Origin: a virus
Direction: 5' to 3' (one strand)
IMG/VR virus record: IMGVR_UViG_3300045988_046749
Length of the DNA stretch: 46,325 bases
Shown here: in pieces, positions 10,505-17,670 of the stretch
Layout of the letters: each line of letters opens with the position of its first letter
How positions within the stretch are numbered: position 1 is the first letter of the stretch
Translations under genes and position numbers: made by a program
The notes under the pieces: model-generated
Database searches by the model: none
The model's input: the letters and a program-made list of their open reading frames with translations, nothing else
What the model was told of the DNA's origin: nothing

Positions 10505-10963
10505 ATGGCAAATAACATATGGAGTAATTACACAGAAAAAACAGCAACACCAGTAGATGCAGATGAAGTAATGGTTCGTGATTCCACAGACGGAAAAAAC
10601 AAAAGACTTCTTTTTGGCACTTTCTGGAAGTGGGTAGCTAAGAAATTAAACGAGGCTACCATTTCGGAATTGCAGACCAATAACAAGACAATCATCGGGG
10701 CAATAAATGCACTAAATAGTGAGCTCGATTTTGTGACATTCGCAAGTAGCAGCAATGAAGTAACTGGAATAAAGGAATATTTAATAACAAATAAACCAAA
10801 ATCAATTACAATTTTTAAAGTAGGAAATTCTGGATGTGCTATAGCAACTCCTTACAATACATATGGAGAAGGATACATCGGATTTTTATATTTTGATTAT
10901 TTTGCAAGTTCTCCATCTGACTTGAAATTATATTCTTATCAGAATGGAAAATGGATAAGTTAA
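10505..10963 (+). CDS. Tail appendage protein (conserved N-terminus, variable C-terminus)
   Basis: 152 aa MANNIWSNYTEKTATPVDADEVMVRDSTDGKNKRLLFGTFWKWVAKK..., directly downstream of the fibre gene. Confidence 0.65.
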   Translation: MANNIWSNYTEKTATPVDADEVMVRDSTDGKNKRLLFGTFWKWVAKKLNEATISELQTNNKTIIGAINALNSELDFVTFASSSNEVTGIKEYLITNKPKSITIFKVGNSGCAIATPYNTYGEGYIGFLYFDYFASSPSDLKLYSYQNGKWIS

Positions 10964-10978
10964 ATAGCAACAGGAGAA

Positions 10979-11266
10979 TCATATTTTTGTTAATGTCATT
11001 ACAATCCACGTGTTAGTTGAAACTTTTAATGTATTACCATCTAAAGTAAAATTAGTTCCGGATAATTCTGGATTGACAGAAAGTATGCCACCAGTTTTTT
11101 CTTCTGACATTCTGCTAAGTGCTACAGCGAACCCTATGTCTACTATATTAGCTGCGTTTATTGTAGCATAGCAAATTAGATACGAACTTTCATCGTCTAA
11201 TATAATAGATTTGCCATCTGAAGGATTTATTGTAATATGTTCTGCATGAGTTAAGCTATTTATCAC
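10979..11266 (-). CDS. Silent/alternative C-terminal cassette of a tail appendage protein
   Basis: Minus ORF tail-to-tail with 10505..10963 (15 nt gap), GTG start without Shine-Dalgarno; ends with tail-like ...FTLDGNTLKVSTNTWIVMTLTKI. Confidence 0.45.
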   Translation of the reverse strand: MINSLTHAEHITINPSDGKSIILDDESSYLICYATINAANIVDIGFAVALSRMSEEKTGGILSVNPELSGTNFTLDGNTLKVSTNTWIVMTLTKI

Positions 11267-11367
11267 TATAGAGTTTATTGGAGAGATAAGAAAAAAAATA
11301 ACAAAACACTACCAAACATAAAATGAATATGATATAATCGGTATATCAAAATCGGAAAAACAAAAAG

Positions 11368-11407
11368 GGAGCTGAGTTCCCGTCTACCAAACAAAAAACT
11401 CAGCTCC
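11368..11407. repeat. Perfect 11-bp inverted repeat GGAGCTGAGTT / AACTCAGCTCC
   Basis: Stem 11368-11378 with 11397-11407, 18-nt loop; no T-run follows. Confidence 0.85.
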
Positions 11408-11441
11408 AAGCACCACAAAGGGGTACGACTATATTATATAA

Positions 11442-11480
11442 AAATGTGGGGCTGAAATTCACAATTGCTCATTGTATCAT
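11442..11480 (+). promoter_or_regulatory. Candidate late promoter 1 (AAATGTGGGG-N23-TATCAT)
   Basis: Same motif and same spacing at 33739..33777 and 42035..42073. Confidence 0.6.
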
Positions 11481-11509
11481 GTACTTATCAATATGAAAGG
11501 AATGATACA

Positions 11510-12526
11510 ATGAGCAAATTACAGGAATTTTTAAACCTTGGTGATTATTACGCATCCAACTGCGGGTACCTTGAGAAGAAAAGTAATGCCTATCTGGATG
11601 ATTTTAAAAAGAATGCAGGATATAACAATTATACCAAATTTGCAAGAGATGTAAATTCTTGGGGACAGCCAGGATGCCAGGGGCAGCCGTGGTGCGCGGA
11701 ATATCAGTTCTGGAAGCTGGTAAAAGTAATTGGAATCACAAATGCCATCAAAATCATGGGCGGTGGTTTTTACAATTGCGTATCCATCACTAACTGGGCA
11801 AAGAAAAAAGGCACTTGGCATAATACTCCAAAGGTAGGTGCGCTTGTAATCTTCCGCAATGGTTCTCATGTTGGAAGCGTGCAAAGTTTTGATAGCTCGA
11901 GAATCTATACAAACGAAGGAAATACTTCTAGTGTAGCTGGAGTGGTAGCAAATGGCGGTGCTGTTCGCAATAAATCCTACTCCATCAACGATTCAGCAAT
12001 CGACGGATATGTTTGGATTGATTGGGAATCTTACGAAGGTACCGCAACCTGGAAAAAAACAGGAACCAGAGTGGCGACTGTGAACGATTTATACGTCCGC
12101 GAGACACCGAATGGTTACGTTATGGGTTCAATCAATAAAGGAACCGTTGTTGAAATTGACGGAAAGACAAACGGAAAGTGGACGCATGTTAAAGTTTCCG
12201 GAATTGGTATTGGTTGGATCTGGACTGGATACCTTGCAAAGGAATCGGTTAATAAACCGGTTAATAAGCCAATTGTAATTTCAAATAAACAGGATAAGAG
12301 CCAGGTTCTCTTCAAGGGGAATGTAACCGCAACCGTTCTGAATGTCCGAACTTGGGCCGGTGAGGAATATCCAAAAATTAAAAAATATCCGACACTCAAC
12401 CAGGGAAATGAAGTAGAAGTTATGAACTATACGCAGAAAGCCAAAAACGGCAGCAAATGGTATTATATCCGTATCGCAGGAAAGTATTATGGCTTTGTAT
12501 CTGCAAAATATGTTAAGAAACAGTAA
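11510..12526 (+). CDS. Endolysin: N-terminal CHAP-like amidase/peptidase, C-terminal SH3-type repeats
   Basis: 338 aa; WCAEYQFWKL (catalytic Cys region), VGALVIFRNGSHVGSVQSFD (His region), YVRETPNG... and VRTWAGEEYPKIKKYPTLNQGNEVEV SH3-like repeats; AAAGGA SD before ATG. Confidence 0.88.
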   Translation: MSKLQEFLNLGDYYASNCGYLEKKSNAYLDDFKKNAGYNNYTKFARDVNSWGQPGCQGQPWCAEYQFWKLVKVIGITNAIKIMGGGFYNCVSITNWAKKKGTWHNTPKVGALVIFRNGSHVGSVQSFDSSRIYTNEGNTSSVAGVVANGGAVRNKSYSINDSAIDGYVWIDWESYEGTATWKKTGTRVATVNDLYVRETPNGYVMGSINKGTVVEIDGKTNGKWTHVKVSGIGIGWIWTGYLAKESVNKPVNKPIVISNKQDKSQVLFKGNVTATVLNVRTWAGEEYPKIKKYPTLNQGNEVEVMNYTQKAKNGSKWYYIRIAGKYYGFVSAKYVKKQ

Positions 12527-12532
12527 AAATAT

Positions 12533-12564
12533 CCCGGGGAATTAGCCCCGGGAATTTCTTTTTT
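12533..12564 (+). terminator. Intrinsic terminator after endolysin
   Basis: CCCGGGG-AATTAG-CCCCGGG followed by AATTTCTTTTTT. Confidence 0.85.
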
Positions 12565-12614
12565 GATTAATGACAACATCAATGAGCTAGTTCGCCAGTA
12601 CATAGAAGATATCA

Positions 12615-14189
12615 TTAATTATTCTTCTGGATTTTTGGGAAAATGTCGAGCTGAAAACCAATCTCGTTGCCCTTCCCATAAGCGTTTTTGGTATCTTTTG
12701 AGTATGTAACCTTTTCAATTAAACTCTTAAGCATTTTATTCTTGGATTCCGTGTCAAGGCTCCAATAGTTATCAAGCAGTTCTTCACAACGCGGGATAAA
12801 ATCCGACTGTTGTTTTATAATATTCTCGTCATGTTTGATTTCTTCTTTTAATTTTTCTATAGTGTCGGAGCATAACTGGATAGATGCGGATATTGTTTTG
12901 GCACGTTCAAGAAAAATCTCCGTGGTGTAGATTCCCTGTTCGAGCAGATCATATTGTTTTGCTTTTTGGGTATTTAAGCTTTCTAGTTCACTTTCTTTTT
13001 CACGTATAAGATTTTGCTTAGATACTATACCGGAATTGATAGCATTGGATGGAACATTAATATCATTATTCAGCTTATACTTCTCTGCTATTTCTTTGAT
13101 TCCATCAAGCACAGCTTTTTCGACTAGAGACAATTTGCTGCTCACTGTAGAGCAAGACGTATATGGACACATGAGAGTATCTTCCTGTCCACGTTTTTGA
13201 TAAGGGCGGCGGACCATAGCGCGACCACACTTGCTGCAATAGACAATTCCGGCAAGCGGATTGCGAATCGAGTTTGCTATACTAACTGGGCGAGGCGGGT
13301 TCTTTTTTCGTATTTCCTGTACGGAGTTAAACAGGTCCTCCGATATAATAGCTGGATGTAATCCTTCACAGACAAGGATGTCCCTGGACCGTGGGCGCGT
13401 CTTAATCACTTGTCCATTCTGTATAGTCTTTACAGTCTTTCTGCCATTCCACCGGATTTTCCCTGTATACACCGGATTTGTTAGAATTCCCTGTATGCTG
13501 GCAGGAGTCCAGTCGCCGCCTAGTGCAGATTCTATACCCATTTCATTTAATTTCCGCACAATCTTCGCGACTCCAATTTGTTCACAGCCATCACCTGCAT
13601 ACCAGGTGTAGATCATTTTTACAACCTCGGCTTGAGCTGGAACAGGCCTGAGAGTATAACCTTTTTCTTTTTCGAGTTTTACTCTTTTGTATCCGTAAGG
13701 TGGTTTGTTACCACAGTATTTGCCCTCTTTTACGGATGAAATTCTTCCAGCGTTCAGACGGCGCTTGATGGTTTTATATTCTCTTCGGCTCATAAATAGT
13801 CCAAACTCAAAATACTCTTCATCAAATTCGTTGTTCGGATCGTATATTTTTGTTGGGGTAATAATCTTCGTGTCAGAGTATTGAAAAGCTCTGGACACAA
13901 CACCTTGGTCGATGGTATCACCTCTGGCAAGACGTTCTACTTCGACAACTAGAACACCGTCCCACAGCCCGGATTCTACCTCATGCAGAAGTTGCTGCAT
14001 GACAGGACGGTCGGCGATAGTTTCCCCAGATACCACTTCGCGGTAAATTGCGCCTACAATGTACTCTTTTTTCTTTGCAAGATCTAACAGGATCCGTTCA
14101 TGTCTGGCGAGGGTTTCACCCTCTCCATGCGCTTCAGCTTCCCGATCGGCTCTGGATTTCCTTAGATAGATGCATACTGATTCGTTCAT
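12615..14189 (-). CDS. int: Large serine recombinase (integrase)
   Basis: 524 aa: YLRKSRADRE catalytic region, VVEVERLARGD, recombinase domain, zinc ribbon YCSKCGRAMVRRPY...CPY..C, C-terminal coiled coil. Confidence 0.93.
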   Translation of the reverse strand: MNESVCIYLRKSRADREAEAHGEGETLARHERILLDLAKKKEYIVGAIYREVVSGETIADRPVMQQLLHEVESGLWDGVLVVEVERLARGDTIDQGVVSRAFQYSDTKIITPTKIYDPNNEFDEEYFEFGLFMSRREYKTIKRRLNAGRISSVKEGKYCGNKPPYGYKRVKLEKEKGYTLRPVPAQAEVVKMIYTWYAGDGCEQIGVAKIVRKLNEMGIESALGGDWTPASIQGILTNPVYTGKIRWNGRKTVKTIQNGQVIKTRPRSRDILVCEGLHPAIISEDLFNSVQEIRKKNPPRPVSIANSIRNPLAGIVYCSKCGRAMVRRPYQKRGQEDTLMCPYTSCSTVSSKLSLVEKAVLDGIKEIAEKYKLNNDINVPSNAINSGIVSKQNLIREKESELESLNTQKAKQYDLLEQGIYTTEIFLERAKTISASIQLCSDTIEKLKEEIKHDENIIKQQSDFIPRCEELLDNYWSLDTESKNKMLKSLIEKVTYSKDTKNAYGKGNEIGFQLDIFPKIQKNN

Positions 14190-14211
14190 TTTATCATTCT
14201 CCTTTTTTTAC

Positions 14212-14240
14212 TTGTACGATAATCCAGGAGATGATATAAT
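14212..14240 (+). promoter_or_regulatory. Sigma-70-like promoter TTGTAC-N17-TATAAT
   Basis: -35 at 14212-14217, -10 at 14235-14240. Confidence 0.65.
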
Positions 14241-14246
14241 TATGGT

Positions 14247-14324
14247 GTAGGTAAGATTTTCTCCGAGATTATCTTATTTATTAAACCGGTTCCTGTTGGT
14301 CGCAGGAGCCGGCTTTTTTGTTTT
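14247..14324 (+). ncRNA. Candidate short RNA ending in an intrinsic terminator
   Basis: Strong promoter upstream, no convincing ORF, ends at CCGGTTCCTG-loop-CAGGAGCCGG + TTTTTTGTTTT. Confidence 0.4.
14286..14324 (+). terminator. Intrinsic terminator
   Basis: 10-bp stem (one G-T wobble), 7-nt loop, T-run. Confidence 0.8.
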
Positions 14325-14409
14325 AAATGCATAAAGATTAGTTATTTCCGTGCTGGTAGTAAAGGGGCGTTTTTTATTATGCGTTTTTCTTTTTCATATT
14401 CACTTCTCC

Positions 14410-14598
14410 TTAAAGTTTCACCTCAAATATTCTTCCACATTTTCTACAGCGGAATTTTTGCTTTCCCTTTAGCTTTGTATTTACCAGCGTAAAAGGGTGC
14501 AGAGGATTGAGATTAATTGTAGTTTTTTGGTTTCCACTCAAATACTCCACATCCGTACTACCGCAAAGAAACCCTGGACATTTAATTTTCTTTGCCAC
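14410..14598 (-). CDS. Small zinc-ribbon protein
   Basis: 62 aa, GTG start with GGAGG upstream; CPGFLC...CRKC motif. Confidence 0.7.
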   Translation of the reverse strand: MAKKIKCPGFLCGSTDVEYLSGNQKTTINLNPLHPFTLVNTKLKGKQKFRCRKCGRIFEVKL

Positions 14599-14758
14599 TT
14601 AAATCCCTCCTTACATAGTTTATTTTATCTGATTGTACCACAGCGCAAAATAAAATAAAACATAATATTTCTAAATAAGATATAATAAGCGTGTCGAATT
14701 TTCTCGATTTTCGTCAAATACAACATTAATGTACGAAAATTTGTGCAAGATTGAGATA

Positions 14759-14787
14759 TTGTATAATTGTTATATTGAGAGTATAAT
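14759..14787 (+). promoter_or_regulatory. Promoter TTGTAT-N17-TATAAT for the secreted-protein gene
   Basis: Hexamers 14759-14764 and 14782-14787, 25 nt before the ATG at 14812. Confidence 0.6.
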
Positions 14788-14811
14788 ATAAACTAATTTG
14801 GGAGGAATTTT

Positions 14812-15147
14812 ATGAAAGGAATAAAAAAGCTGGTTATATTTTTTCTGTTTGGGATAATGCTCACATTTTCTGTACGTGCGCCGCTTTGTGAGAGTATCGA
14901 TCCAACAGATTCCGAAGTGATTATTAAGGCAAGTGCCAATAATCAACACATAATACATAATTATACACAAGCAGTTGTATCCGAGGCAGAGTATCAACCA
15001 TTTGTTGTAAATAAAAGCAATAATACTTCTGCGGAATGTAAATGCCATTTCTTTTTCAATCGTTCAAGGCAAAGGGAGGGTGCACTGTTTAAGCAGAGGG
15101 CAAGAAGTATGATCAGTCCGTTCTATATCACTGAGAAGAGGGTATAA
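14812..15147 (+). CDS. Predicted secreted protein, unknown function
   Basis: 111 aa, N-terminal signal peptide MKGIKKLVIFFLFGIMLTFSVRA; GGGAGG SD. Confidence 0.6.
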   Translation: MKGIKKLVIFFLFGIMLTFSVRAPLCESIDPTDSEVIIKASANNQHIIHNYTQAVVSEAEYQPFVVNKSNNTSAECKCHFFFNRSRQREGALFKQRARSMISPFYITEKRV

Positions 15148-15202
15148 TGAAATAAAAAGAGAACAAATGTTCTTGTTGTGCGATATTGGGAGGGACGGAT
15201 AT

Positions 15203-15319
15203 ATGGATTACAAAAAGGAAATTATTGAAATGATAGAGAATACTGAAAATGAGAGCAAGTTAAAATTTGTCTATACGATTCTTATTAAATATCTGAAATC
15301 AAAGGAGCAAGGGGATTAA
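15203..15319 (+). CDS. Small protein next to the repressor
   Basis: 38 aa MDYKKEIIEMIENTENESKLKFVYTILIKYLKSKEQGD with AGGGA SD; not in ORF track. Confidence 0.6.
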   Translation: MDYKKEIIEMIENTENESKLKFVYTILIKYLKSKEQGD

Positions 15320-15333
15320 CCCTTGCTCTTTTT
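15305..15333 (+). terminator. Intrinsic terminator between convergent genes
   Basis: GAGCAAGGG-GATTAA-CCCTTGCTC-TTTTT. Confidence 0.75.
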
Positions 15334-15660
15334 GTTTAGCGATGAAACTATTTGTTTTATTGCTTTCTTATCTTCTTTATCGAGTGCTTTGTATTCCTCG
15401 ATAAAATCTAAGATGTCAGGTTCTGACATAAGATTTCCAATTATGGTTGCATAATCATCATCGCTTTTAGAACCCATGAGGTATGTCGGTGTTACTTCCA
15501 AAACGCCACATAGAAGTTCAATAGTGTCCATGTCTGGCTTACACTTATCTTTTTCCCAGTCACTAATTGAATTGTGCTTTGCATTGATTTTTTCTGCAAG
15601 TTGTTTCTGGGTCAGCTTCTTTACCGTTCTGGCTTGCTTGATTTTCTCGCCGAATGTCAT
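15316..15660 (-). CDS. CI-like transcriptional repressor (HTH_3/XRE)
   Basis: MTFGEKIKQARTVKKLTQKQLAEKINAKHNSISDWEKDKCKPDMDTIELLCGVLEV. Confidence 0.88.
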   Translation of the reverse strand: MTFGEKIKQARTVKKLTQKQLAEKINAKHNSISDWEKDKCKPDMDTIELLCGVLEVTPTYLMGSKSDDDYATIIGNLMSEPDILDFIEEYKALDKEDKKAIKQIVSSLNKKSKG

Positions 15661-15684
15661 TATCGTTTCCTCCCTTCATAACTA

Positions 15685-15713
15685 ATAATAATATAAAAAT
15701 TTCGGACTGTCAA
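15685..15713 (-). promoter_or_regulatory. Repressor maintenance promoter (TTGACA-N17-TATTAT on minus strand)
   Basis: -35 15713-15708, -10 15690-15685; TTCG half-site inside the spacer. Confidence 0.75.
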
Positions 15714-15722
15714 TAAAATAAT

Positions 15723-15737
15723 TTCGATTTTTTCGAA
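15723..15737. promoter_or_regulatory. Operator O1: TTCG-ATTTTTT-CGAA
   Basis: Palindrome with 7-nt spacer. Confidence 0.7.
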
Positions 15738-15745
15738 ATTTCTTC

Positions 15746-15774
15746 TTGACATTCGGATATTTCGAAGTTATACT
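15746..15774 (+). promoter_or_regulatory. Early/lytic promoter TTGACA-N17-TATACT
   Basis: Drives Cro-like gene at 15823; spacer contains O2. Confidence 0.8.
15752..15766. promoter_or_regulatory. Operator O2: TTCG-GATATTT-CGAA
   Basis: Same TTCG-N7-CGAA architecture, inside the lytic promoter spacer. Confidence 0.75.
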
Positions 15775-15781
15775 ATAATTG

Positions 15782-15796
15782 TTCGATAGAAACGAA
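15782..15796. promoter_or_regulatory. Operator O3: TTCG-ATAGAAA-CGAA
   Basis: Same architecture, 30 bp from O2 centre. Confidence 0.7.
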
Positions 15797-15822
15797 ATTC
15801 AAGCAGAAAGGAGAAATGAAGA

Positions 15823-16029
15823 ATGTGCGTTGGTAAGAAAATCAAGTCATACCTTGAAAACAACGGCATAACACAGACATTTGTCGCCAACAAAACTGGC
15901 ATTCCTGTTCAGAAACTCAATCTTTCCCTCAATGGAAATCGCAGATTAGATTTCGATGAATACGAACTAATTTGCGGGGCATTATCTGTTGGGACTGACA
16001 AGTTTCTTGAACCAAAGTTACCGGAATAG
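15823..16029 (+). CDS. Cro-like/XRE small regulator
   Basis: 68 aa MCVGKKIKSYLENNGITQTFVANKTGIPVQKLNLSLNGNRRLDFDEYELICGAL. Confidence 0.82.
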   Translation: MCVGKKIKSYLENNGITQTFVANKTGIPVQKLNLSLNGNRRLDFDEYELICGALSVGTDKFLEPKLPE

Positions 16030-16041
16030 GAGGTAAAAAAT

Positions 16042-16131
16042 ATGAAACGCCATCCGATTATGGAATATGTGATTCCAGCAATTGTAGCAAGCGTGGCAAC
16101 AGTTTTAATCCGTTTAGTGCTAGGGTGGTAA
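16042..16131 (+). CDS. 29-aa single-pass membrane peptide
   Basis: MKRHPIMEYVIPAIVASVATVLIRLVLGW with AGGAGG SD; not in ORF track. Confidence 0.5.
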   Translation: MKRHPIMEYVIPAIVASVATVLIRLVLGW

Positions 16132-16435
16132 GAATCGAAACAATAATCGGAATAGCCACATCTTTCAATAACAACTTTTTAAATTCATGTTTTCTTTCAG
16201 CAATATAAGATTTTCCCTGTTCGGAAATCGCAATAGAGAGGGTTTTTCCTTTCACATATCTGACTTGACCGTCTTGATTGATTCTAGGAAAAGATTCTCT
16301 ATTAACAGAAACTAATTTTTCTTCTTCAAGAAAACTGGAAATTTTGATTTCATTTTCCGAAAGAGAAGAATATTCAATTTCTTCTTTGCTTGAAAGATAT
16401 TTCAAGAAATTAAATTGTTCTTTATTGAGATACAA
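16058..16435 (-). CDS. Protein with hydrophilic/helical N-terminus and C-terminal transmembrane segment, antisense to early operon
   Basis: TTG start with GGGAGGTGA SD; C-term LLKDVAIPIIVSILTTLALNGLKLLPRLL. Confidence 0.6.
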   Translation of the reverse strand: MYLNKEQFNFLKYLSSKEEIEYSSLSENEIKISSFLEEEKLVSVNRESFPRINQDGQVRYVKGKTLSIAISEQGKSYIAERKHEFKKLLLKDVAIPIIVSILTTLALNGLKLLPRLLQLLESHIP

Positions 16436-16528
16436 AATATCACCTCCCATCTACTGGGAGTATATCACAAGAAAAGAGTGAGCGCATATCAAAAAGAAAT
16501 TATTTCATAGAGAAATAGGTGGTAAACA

Positions 16529-16666
16529 ATGGGAGCAAATAATTTTACACACTTTACTGGAAAGAAATCTTCGTTCAAAACTAAAAAGAGAAAGAAGAAA
16601 GTAAAAGTGAAAAGAGTTCACAAAAACAAATATGAAAGGAGCGTAAATGGACGCATTGCAATTTAA
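16529..16666 (+). CDS. Small highly basic protein
   Basis: 45 aa MGANNFTHFTGKKSSFKTKKRKKKVKVKRVHKNKYERSVNGRIAI; not in ORF track. Confidence 0.5.
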   Translation: MGANNFTHFTGKKSSFKTKKRKKKVKVKRVHKNKYERSVNGRIAI

Positions 16667-16967
16667 TAAAGCCGTCAGTCGGCACTGCAAAGAATCTGGT
16701 GGAGACTGTTGCAAATGTGACCTACGGCTTTACTGTTACCTATCGCCAAGTGAGCGACCAGATGAGTTAGTGGGCCTGGTTATTGATTTTTTGCATAACC
16801 ACATTGAAAACCATGATCATTATACCCATCACACTGCGGCTTCATTTCCGTGTATTGATGATATGGACATGAGTACCGCAGTAGGCGGCGACTGTTACCA
16901 GAAACCTCATACTCTTCACAAACAGTCACATGCTTGTGAATCTTGTGGCAGTGATACAGTCGAGTGA
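16647..16967 (+). CDS. Cysteine/histidine-rich hypothetical protein
   Basis: AAAGGAGCG SD; CKESGGDCCKCDLRLYC. Confidence 0.55.
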   Translation: MDALQFNKAVSRHCKESGGDCCKCDLRLYCYLSPSERPDELVGLVIDFLHNHIENHDHYTHHTAASFPCIDDMDMSTAVGGDCYQKPHTLHKQSHACESCGSDTVE

Positions 16968-16980
16968 TTGTTTCAACCAT
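16780..16980 (-). CDS. Possible antisense 66-aa cysteine-containing protein
   Basis: AAAGGAGAACTATATG gives a well-spaced SD; MVETITRLYHCHKIHKHVTVCEEYEVSGNSRRLLRYSCPYHQ...; overlaps the 3' part of 16647..16967. Confidence 0.4.
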   Translation of the reverse strand: MVETITRLYHCHKIHKHVTVCEEYEVSGNSRRLLRYSCPYHQYTEMKPQCDGYNDHGFQCGYAKNQ

Positions 16981-17073
16981 ATAGTTCTCCTTTCTCCATA
17001 CTCGGCATGGAGGTGCCTGTAATTACATTATAGGTAGGAGAGAAAGAAAAAGACAATAGAAAGGAGCAAATAA

Positions 17074-17202
17074 TTGAAAAAAGTAGACTGGTCGATAGTA
17101 GCAATCGTACTCAGCATACTTTCCGTTTTAATAAATCTTTGTTTTAGCGGACGAGATTTATTAAGAAATTTACGTTGGATATTATCTTGTCTAGGTTGGT
17201 AA
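17074..17202 (+). CDS. 42-aa membrane peptide
   Basis: TTG start after AAAGGAG; KKVDWSIVAIVLSILSVLINLCFSGRDLLRNLRWILSCLGW; not in ORF track. Confidence 0.5.
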   Translation: MKKVDWSIVAIVLSILSVLINLCFSGRDLLRNLRWILSCLGW

Positions 17203-17242
17203 GTATTGAAAAGAAAGTTCTTAACATGGAGGTGAAAACAAA

Positions 17243-17569
17243 ATGTTAGACTGCACAGTCATTGAAAATATTATCGGCCAGGTTTTCGTTCGGCTTGAAA
17301 TGACGAGCCACGACTGGTCGAAATTAAAAACGTCAGGTGTGTGGAGTCAGGTGGAACAGATTCTAATGGAATCTGAAACACAAAATAGCCGCTGTTCCAG
17401 ACATAACTATGCCGAAGAAATTCCAAGTGAGCAGACAAATAATGAATATCTGAAAGAACAGTTCGGAATATATTCACGATATGTGAAATCATTATCCACC
17501 TGTACACACGTTTTAGCAGTTATTTCAATAATTGCTCTAATAATTTCAATAGTGGCTCTGATTGTATAG
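17243..17569 (+). CDS. C-terminally membrane-anchored hypothetical protein
   Basis: C-term STCTHVLAVISIIALIISIVALIV. Confidence 0.6.
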   Translation: MLDCTVIENIIGQVFVRLEMTSHDWSKLKTSGVWSQVEQILMESETQNSRCSRHNYAEEIPSEQTNNEYLKEQFGIYSRYVKSLSTCTHVLAVISIIALIISIVALIV

Positions 17570-17670
17570 AGATTGAGAAAAGACCGGTAATCAGCGCAAT
17601 GATGGACAGAACAGTGGTTATCCAGAATTGAGAAATATCTTGGAAGTATACCAAAAGAAAGGAGCAAATT

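Noticed and set aside
14599-14758. Additional TTCG-N7-CGAA operators upstream of the secreted-protein gene
   Set aside because: Only half-sites or mis-spaced matches (e.g. TCGAATTTTCTCGA, TTTTCG...CGAAAA) were found, not the exact operator seen in the immunity region.
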